A stretch of DNA of 64,000 nucleotides from the human T2T-CHM13v2.0 reference genome, Homo sapiens: assembly GCF_009914755.1 (NCBI RefSeq), contig NC_060934.1; one strand, given 5' to 3'. The notes below the pieces were generated by a model that did not search any database, had not been told where the DNA came from, and saw nothing but the letters and a program-made list of their open reading frames with translations. Position numbers and translations under genes: made by a program. This document shows positions 54,709-64,000 of the stretch, one piece after another. How positions within the stretch are numbered: the first letter of the stretch is position 1; each line of letters starts with the position of its first letter.

Positions 54709-57700
54709 AATAATCAATTACTTTCTTCAATTATCTTACTGTGAGTTGTTTTTTAAATTCCCTTATGCCTTTTTCTAACTTTCCTTTCTAGGTCTAAATT
54801 CTTTGAGGTCAAGGGTAATATATTAAATATCAGAGCCCCTGCTACAGTGTGTTGGCACAGAGTATTTGAAAAGTGAATGCTTGTTAAATTGAATCATATA
54901 GATTTGATTTGAATTTTGGTGACTTTTGATTATATGTCTTCTAAACTAGTCTTGATCTCTTCTGATCTTCTGTTCACTGCATACTTGCCCGAAATGTTTC
55001 TTCTAAATATTCTTAACCCTGATGTGAATTAGCTGAATATCTTTCTATAGTTGGTAGTTTGCCTAGCATCTCTGACTAAACTTACTCTTCGCAATTTTTC
55101 CTCTAAGTGGGCTGCTTTTTGTTTGCTTAATTACTTTGTGCACTTTGCTATCCATCAATATCATATTCTATGAAAGCATCGACTAAGTAAATCCTAATAT
55201 GATATATGGTGTAAATAATAGCACAAAAGCTACTATCACTCATTTCAAGAAACTTCCAGGGCTCTGGATTAGAGCTAAGATTGTCTGTAGAATCAAGCTG
55301 TCTCAGCACAAATTTTTAATAGAAACTACACAAGAGACTAATTTGGGTTCAAATGAAATACACATTTTAGATATACATCTAGTAGAATAAGTATTTGTTA
55401 ACTCATCTCCCGATTTCTAATTGGTTGACCCAGCCTCAGGTGGACTTGGATTTATGATCTCCATAAAATGCATACTAAGTCAAATCTACCTAGTTTCAAA
55501 AATATTGTCAGAGATCACGTCATTTTTAAATTCTCTTGAATTGGCCTTACTTTAAGAATGATAATTCATAATGTGAGTGAGGGGTCACTGGACTGGGAGG
55601 TTATGTCATTGACTAAATAGAGCCAGAATCTGGGTATTGGAGCCAGAATTTGGCTAAATAGAGCCAGAAAGGCCTTGTGGGAAAGATGCCTGAATTCCAG
55701 CTTTGTGTCTCATTCTTCACCAGCTTTTTTTCAAGTTTGTTTTTAAAATGTGATTGGTGTTAACAAATCATCAGCAAACACAATTACAAACAAACATTCT
55801 TCCTAAGGGCAAGGAATATTGCAGTATTGTAAGTGTAGGCCAAGTAGTGAACATTTGTGATGAGCAAACTCTGACATTTCGGTGACCAAGTAGGAGGAAA
55901 GAGACAGTGTCAGCAGTAGAAGGCCAGAGAGAGAAGCAACTTAAAAGGGAGAATCATTGCTCTATGCCTCAACATTATAATCCCAAACAGAAAGTATTTC
56001 TATGGAAATGAATGGGAAATGTGATCAATTACAGAGTGTAGAATTTAGCCTTTGATTTATTTTTCCTTTGATATATAATCATCATTGCCCACAGCAGGTA
56101 TGAATTTTATTAACTTAATTTGCCATTAGTTCAAGAAGTCATACATTTCCCCAAAATAAACTCATTTTAAAAACTGAAAAAACGTTTCAAGCCTTAAAGA
56201 TGCAAATATGTCATAGTTTGGCTGCATTCAGCAAATTCCTAGAATCAATCAGCCGAGAACAGGGTAATTCTGTTACTGAAAAGGGAACTCAAAGCATGCA
56301 AATTGAAACCAGGATAAAGAATAAAATATAAAAGAAGGCTTACAACATCTAAGGAAACACCCTACTTGTATTTTTATATTTTAATAAGGTAAATATATAA
56401 ACATAAATAACACTTCTATGTAATATAATCCTATTTCTCCTTGATATGACATACGACATCTAAACTACTCCAGAGATAAACTCACTTTATTAAGCAATGC
56501 ATATTCTAAATCAAGTTAAGTCATAATAATAATAATTTACATGCAATAACATTTTCCATTTTACAAAATGCTTTACACACCTTACCTCATTTTGTGCATG
56601 CACACACACACACCCCTAAAATGTTAGAGGCATAGATATAATTATTTTCATTTCCTAGATAAGGAAATGCAAATCTCAAAGAGGCAGGAAGAGTCTCCTG
56701 GAGAACTCAGAGATGCTCTTAGCATAATGTTTTCCCCACCACCCTGCGGGAAGCCATAAAGCTCAGCACTGTTAGACAGGAAAACAACTTCTGCAGACTC
56801 TCTGGCTTTGTGGGCTCAGTCAGGCCCCACAGCTCTTGCGAGGCATGGTCTTTCTCAACAAAAACTTGGGCCATCTAAATTTTGCAGGAGGCATTCAACG
56901 CTTTAACCTATCAGAGAAGCTGAAGACTTTACTAAGTTGGAGGGAGGCACGTGGAAGGAGAGCCGTGGGCTTAGGCTCCATAAAATGAAAATGGGCTGGC
57001 GACCTGAGAATGTGCTTCCTTGTTTGAGCATAGTGGCTAATAATTTGGACCCTGGAGTTAGAAAAGCATGAGTTGCAATATCTGCTCTGCTTCCTTCGCT
57101 GGTTGAACTTGAATGAATTACATACCTTCTCTGAGCCTGTTTTCACGTATGAAACAGGGCTTATTGGACAAATGGAATGGTATAAGGCATCTAAACATGT
57201 CACGATGTTGAACATCCAATGAGGCATCAGACTTCAGTGACTTCTCACATCACTTCCGCAGGTTGAATTCTAGCATTCCTTTACCACATTGACACAATGC
57301 TGGAGAAGTTCCTCCAGCCTCCCCTACATCTGCCACCATGGATAAGATCATGGGTAACACGTTGTATACCAAATCTCCCTCAATTTATAAGTGGTGTAGT
57401 CGTACAGGAGTATATATGATAGTCTTATCATTACCATCTAAAAGCCCTTTTATGCAAACAAACAGGATTGCAATTAAGGGGGGGATTAAAACAGAATGGG
57501 GTATGTGGTGCTTGTCTGAATGTAATCTAACTACTACACTATTCATGTAGTGAGGAGTCTAATTACTAGCTTCATAATTATACTACTCAAGAAAATTGTT
57601 TTAGTGATGGTTTTCTTAAACTAACTTGAGAAGATTTTTGCGCCAACATGAGCAGAACAAATGGAATTTAATTTCAAAACAGGGGCAAAGGAAGGTTACC

Positions 57701-57924
57701 CAGGGGAAGAAAACCTCATGAGCTGGACGGCAGATTTTGAAATTCATGCAGAACAGAGCTCAGCTAGGAGAGGAACAGGCTGGCATCACAACACGAGAGA
57801 TGTAGGGAGCCATTCAACAACACTTCCAGATTTGGTTTATAAGGAAAGAACTTAACAAGGGAAGCTTCTGGTCTCCAAACCTCTGACTTAAGAGGATCTG
57901 CAATGATTCTTACTTGTGTGTTGT

Positions 57925-58071
57925 ACATGAAACCACACTCCAGCTGTGGTCCCCAACCCACAGCATCAACATAAATCTAGAATCTCAGAATTTGCTGCAA
58001 ACTTAATCAGAGTCTGAATTTTAAATAAGTTCCCAGGTGAGCATGCGCATATTACAATTTGAGTAGAACTG
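57925..58071. mobile_element. MER5-like hAT MITE remnant
   Basis: aatcagagtctgaattttaaataagttcccaggtga...gcatattacaatttgagtagaactg. Confidence 0.55.
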
Positions 58072-58721
58072 GTGTAAATGACCAGCTTGTGGTTCCAAAT
58101 TGAAATTTTATGTTTTTTTCTGTTCTTAAATGTAATATATGCTTAATAAAGCAAAAAAGAACATATGCATAGGAGTGTAAGGGGGAAAAGTATACCTGTA
58201 ATTGCACCACCCTGAGAGGACACCTGCTCCACTGTTGGGTGTCTTCTCTCCCAGGCTGTTGTTACACATATTGTTTTACATTTTAAGCTCAGGCTATAAA
58301 TACAGCTTTGGGTTTTTCATATCATGTTATAAATATTTTCTATATTCCAACCAAGTTTTGTTGACATTTGTCTGCATTCTACCATATGTATTTGTTCCTT
58401 GTTAAAAGTTTACAGTACCTTATTGTTGCTTTTATAATTATAAATAATCCTCTGATGAAGGCATTTATATTTTAACTTTTTTCTATTAATTCATAAGGTT
58501 AAATTTCTAGGATATGAAAATAGTTAAATCTCTTGATAGAGATGATCTCTTCTAATTATAATATTCTTTGAAATAAGGTAAAGTTTTAAAAAAGCATTTG
58601 GACTCTTTATTTCTCAGGGTCTTTTGGGTGGATGTTAATGTGTTTAATTATTGGGGTTCCTGAGAAAGTCTCTTTCTCCAAGGATGGTCAGTGGCTTGAA
58701 CTCTGAATCAGTCTGTTTTCT

Positions 58722-59130
<409 letters not shown>

Positions 59131-59587
59131 TAAGTGAAGAGCTACCACCAACTTTACTTTGTAAATAATCACTCATTTCCTCTCAGGGTGAGTCTGTTAC
59201 AGCAATGGGATGCCCAGGTTAAGTTTATGGAAAGACATTGACCTTGGAGCCAGACTGCACCAGAGTAAGTTCTGTCTCTGTCCCTGAGGCTGTGTGACAT
59301 TGCCTGAGCTATTACTTACTTTAGTTCTGCCATAATCATCTTATTTATAATAGTGTGTTAATAATGCCTCTTCCCCAGAATTGATGATTACATGATGTAA
59401 GAGATATTAAAGCCTCTAACATGAGGCATAAGGTCTGTCCCTAAAATGTTTCCATACATGGTAGGTGTTGTTTGTTTCTTCTTTCAATGCTGGGTGAGTA
59501 GATCCTGTATCTGCCATTCTTACATGGGGAGAAGTGGCAGATTGCTTTAGATGGCAACCAGGATTATCTCTGAAGAGTGTGTCTTTA

Positions 59588-59955
<368 letters not shown>

Positions 59956-61140
59956 TAATACAAAACACTTTTGTTAGCAAGAATGTAGATAACTGGGCCT
60001 TGAATTCTGCCCTCAGTTAATGGGATAAGCCTCTTTCAGCCATACCAGAATGGTCAATGTGGAACAGGCAGCAGGGACAGGACCTCTTCTGTGGACTAGT
60101 GGCCCCAGGCATGAACAATCTGCATTCTCAGGCATGGATCCTTCCTCTAAACAATGGGAATCACTGCTGTGAATTAAGTTTTCTCTAACTTACAGCTGTG
60201 TGCTCTAGATTTAGCCGCATGCTTAAATTTCAAATGTATGTCTCTTATTTACGATTCATTGAGCAGAATATTTTCATATATAAATATGTATAGCTGATAG
60301 AGAAGTTCATGACCCATTCAATGAAAAATCAAGTACATTCATAGAGTTAAATGTCAATGGTGAATTTGGGCAGTGGTATGTTAAGTAATTTATTATTGTT
60401 ATTACTTATGTTTTACATTTTTCTAAAATGAGTACGCCTTACATGTTTAATTAAACAAGGAAAAGGACTTAAATTAATAAAAATAATCCCTTATAGTTAG
60501 AATTGTAAAGAGAAACTCTTTTCATTTGTTAGGTTATTCTGCCAATTGTTTATCTTTAGTCAAAGGGCAGACAATTGATTCATTTGAAAAGAAATTTCAG
60601 CTCCACTAGTATCTTTTTGCTGTGTTTACCTATGCCAAGCCCCTGTTCAAAGGTTGGTGCCCCGTAGGCTTCCCTGGTGATGTTGACATGCAGGGGAAAG
60701 GAACTTAAGTTACAAAAATGATGAAATGATATTCTTGCTAAATTATATCTCAGTTATGCACAGAGGCTGAAGGAAGCCAGCATCACCTGCCAATGACAGG
60801 TATCCTTCTGACAAATTAGCACCTGTGCAGTGACAATGAGTCTGGTCCGGGAGTTCCTGCACTTATTCTTCCCACAACTTGCAGGACACCTTAAGACAAG
60901 CAGCAGCATCCCAGCCCAGCAATGGAGCTTCTTCAGGAAAGACTGAGCCAGCTCAACAGATTCCTCCTTCAGGCATTTACAGCACATTTGTTTCATCTCA
61001 TGTGGCATTCATTAGAGGTGGACAACAAAAAAACAAAATGAAGCTGACTTCTGTCAGGAGCTCAGCTGAGTGGGAGAGAGAGCTGAGCTGCCTGTGCTGG
61101 AGTTCATTGAATGTAAACCAGAATGAAAGAGGAGGTGAGC

Positions 61141-61830
61141 CTTGGATCACCCACTGTGATGGCATGAGCAGAGCAGGGTGCTGACCCAGGAAGGCGTCAC
61201 CTCCCATCATTCTGTTCCTCCCTCCGTGGGATTGGGTCACTCACTGTCATGTCATGAGCAGGAGGCTGACCCGGGAAGGTGTCACCTCCCAACATTCTGT
61301 TGTCCATCCTGTGGGATTGGGTCACCCACTGTGATGGCACTTGCAGGAGGGTGACCTGGGAAGGCTTCACCTCCCACCGTTCTGTTCTCCCGCCTGTGGG
61401 ATTGGGCCACCCACTGTGATGGCACTAGCAGGAGGGTGACCTGGGAAGGTGTCACCTCCCACCGTTCTGTTTCTCCCTCCATGGGATTGGGTCACTCGCT
61501 GTCATGGCATGAACAGGAGGCTGACCTGGGAAGGCATCACCTCCCAACTTTCTGTTCTCCCTCCTGTGAGATTGGGTCACCCACTGTGATGGCACAAACA
61601 GGAGGCTGACCCGGGAAGGCATCGCCTCCTAACTTTCTGTTCCTCCTCGCTGTGAGATTGGGTCACTCACTGCATGGCACGAGCAGGAGGCTGATCCGGG
61701 AAGGCATAGCCTCCTAACTTTCTGTTCCTCCCCGCTGTGAGATTGGGTCACTCACTGCATGGCACGAGCAGGAGGCTGATCCAGGAAGGCGTCACCTCCC
61801 ACCGTTCTGTTCCTCTCCACCGTGGAATGG
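61141..61830. repeat. 8 x ~85-bp GC-rich minisatellite/VNTR
   Basis: Anchor attgggtcac recurs at 61231, 61316, 61401 (attgggccac), 61486, 61571, 61657 and 61742, with a diverged first copy at 61141. Confidence 0.95.
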
Positions 61831-63083
61831 TGTGCTGGTGGATCTGCACAGACCTTGGGTCATCTCACTTTTGAGGGAGCCCCAGAACAAAAGGCTCTGG
61901 CAGTTTAATGGCCCCTGGGGCTGAGGAGAGGAGAAGGAGGGCAGGGGATAAGTCCCTCTGTGGGTCCGCTTTCTCCTTCTGTGAATTATGGATCATATTT
62001 TCCACTTCATGTGAAAATATCAAAGCAGTTAACACACGTGCAGTGATTTTTACAAGCGTTCGCGGGAAATCTTCCATGGGCTTTGGCCATCAGCAGTAGT
62101 CATCTTAGCAATGCTATAATAATGACGTGCATTTCTTGCCTCCATATTTCCTTTATCTCTTTCTGGTTTTGATGAATAATGACAGGTTCTTGGCTTGTTT
62201 ATCTTTTTGTTTTTCCCTCTGCCATGTGTGTTCCTACTCCTGCCTACTTACAGGTTTCAGGAAGCTTCCTGGGCTCTGGAAGTTTGCTGATCTGATCACC
62301 AGATTTCATTCACTCATGTAGCAAACAGTCAAGGAGACCCAAGTATGTGCCACACTCTCAGATATGCTGGTTCCTTGGCGAAATCACGTTAACTGGTTTG
62401 CAAAAGGAGTTTGTGCTGATTTCTCTGTGTTTCTGTGTTTATATGAGCCCAAACACAATAACCTAGTTGTATTATTTCCTGGGTGAATACTTGAATTCTT
62501 TTGCTTTTCTTTTTCAAAAGAATACCAATACATTTTTAGCATATATATAGGAGATCGTAAGTCTGGCATAAGTCTTGTCTCTAACAGCCCCCCTTGGATA
62601 TCTGAGAGAGTAAATGTTTTCAAAGTTATTTTATTTCTGAATGCTATGGTTTTTCTCTCTCACGTCAGTTTCCTTTTTCTTTTTGACTGAAGTCTATTTT
62701 TCCCTCAGGCGGCCATTGCCAAGGGATTACATTATGGGTTTACAGTAACCATAACAGAAAGTTTTTCTTCTGTTCACCACCCATCTGCAGAATTGCAGGA
62801 AGCCAACTCTCAACTCTGCCCCCTTTGTTCCTGGGGTTTGAGGTGGTGCCTGATGTGCACTCACAAATGCAGATTTCCAGGCCACTGTGTGGGACCCTTC
62901 TCTTCTGTCATGTCCAGTGGTGGCTCTTTAGGCCCAATGCCACTGCCAAGATGTTCCTGGAGCTCTCACGTGGGCCATTTTGTGTTGTGAATGCGTCTGG
63001 AGTCAGGACCACCTACATAATTTTCAGGTCCTGGTACAAAATGAAAATGTAGACATCTTGTTTAGGAAAACTCTTAAGGCCAT

Positions 63084-63382
63084 GGCCAGTTGCAGTGGCT
63101 CACACCTGTAATCCCAGAACATTTGGAGGCCGAGGTGGGTGGATCACTTGAGGCAGGAGTTCGAGACCAGCCTGCCCAACATGGTGAAACACTATCTCTA
63201 CTAAAAATACAAATATTAGCCGGGTGTGATGGTGGGTGCCTGTAATCCCAGCTACTCAGGAGGCTGAGGCAGGAGAATCATTTGAACCCAGGAGGCAGAG
63301 GCTGCAGTGGTCCGAGATCACCCCTCTGCACTCCAGTCTGGGAGACAGAGCAAGATTCTATTTCAAAGAAAAAAAAAAAAAA
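63084..63382 (+). mobile_element. AluS
   Basis: Full dimer. TSD gaaaactNNtaaggcca at 63066 and 63383. Confidence 0.92.
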
Positions 63383-63394
63383 GAAAACTACTAA

Positions 63395-63661
63395 GGCCAG
63401 AAGTCTTGGCTCACCCCTGTAATCTCAGTGATTTGGGAGGCCAAGGTGAAAAGAGAGTTTGAGTCTCAGCTGGAGACCAGCCTGGGTAACTTAGTGAGAA
63501 CCTGTTTCTAGATAAAACTTAAAAAATTAGCTGGGCATGGTGGCAGACACCAGATACTCAAGGGGCTTAGGTGGGAGGAATTCAAGGCTGCAGTGAGCTA
63601 TGACAGCATTGCACTCCAGCCTGGGCAAGAGAGTAAGACCCTGTCTGGTGGGGGGAAAGAA
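63395..63661 (+). mobile_element. Old AluJ, diverged and internally deleted
   Basis: ggccagaagtcttggctcacccctgtaatc...ttcaaggctgcagtgagctatga...gagtaagaccctgtc. Confidence 0.85.
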
Positions 63662-64000
63662 AAAACCTATTAAGAATTTCAAGATGGCAACAGCAGAGTG
63701 TTAAACCAAGTGTGAGTCCCTCCTGCACACACTGCATTCATCGTACACCGTGAAGCTGGCCCTCTCCCTGTCCCAGTTCATTCTCATTCTTCAGTTTGGG
63801 CTACATTGCTCTCTGGACCATGGGCGGGATGTCCTCGGTCTCCTCCCTTGACGTGGATGGTCACTGCACTGAAGTACAAAAGAAGGCATTCTACCCCTAT
63901 TTGCACTGAATGCTAATGCCAGGCCACAAAGCCGTGTTGCCTCGTGCCTTTGATTCCTTACAGTTTCACATCTTGGAACTGGCCACCACCTGAGCTTGTT

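Larger units (their letters stand above)
63004..63765 (-). mobile_element. MER45-like hAT MITE split by two Alus
   Basis: Left half caggaccacctacataattttcaggtcctggtacaaaatgaaaatg and right half ttaagaatttcaagatggcaacagcagagtgttaaaccaag...gtgaagctggccct. Confidence 0.7.

Noticed and set aside
61141-61830. CRISPR-like or snaR/miRNA-cluster interpretation of the 85-bp array
   Set aside because: The whole unit repeats with no unique spacers, there are no cas genes, the context is eukaryotic, and I see no Pol III terminators or snaR similarity.

Overview
This is primate (very probably human or great-ape) non-coding genomic DNA. I see no convincing host protein-coding exon; nearly all ORF-track entries come from Alu, L1, ERV or microsatellite sequence. 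Two large minus-strand retroelements lie in tandem. The first is a complete 5.87-kb HERV-H provirus (39264-45137) with two 453-bp LTR7s, a tRNA-His primer binding site (PBS), a polypurine tract (PPT) and a 5-bp target-site duplication (TSD) GTTGG. The second lies 1.17 kb upstream of it: a full-length ~6.17-kb L1PA3/L1PA4 (46310-52484) that keeps the 129-bp ZNF93-bound 5'UTR segment, an open endonuclease-domain ORF and a stop-interrupted ORF0. Around them are two LTR1 copies, an MLT2A solo LTR, MaLR LTRs, hAT MITEs (MER30, MER20, MER45), 11 Alus, MIR/L2/old L1 relics and several tandem repeats, including a 5x26-bp G-rich array inside an old L1 3'UTR and an 8x85-bp hairpin-forming VNTR. I found no clearly novel coding system. 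The best leads are regulatory: the L1/HERV-H composite, the LTR7 motif changes and the structured VNTRs. Subfamily names are recalled from consensus sequences, not from a database search, and boundaries of old repeats are approximate.
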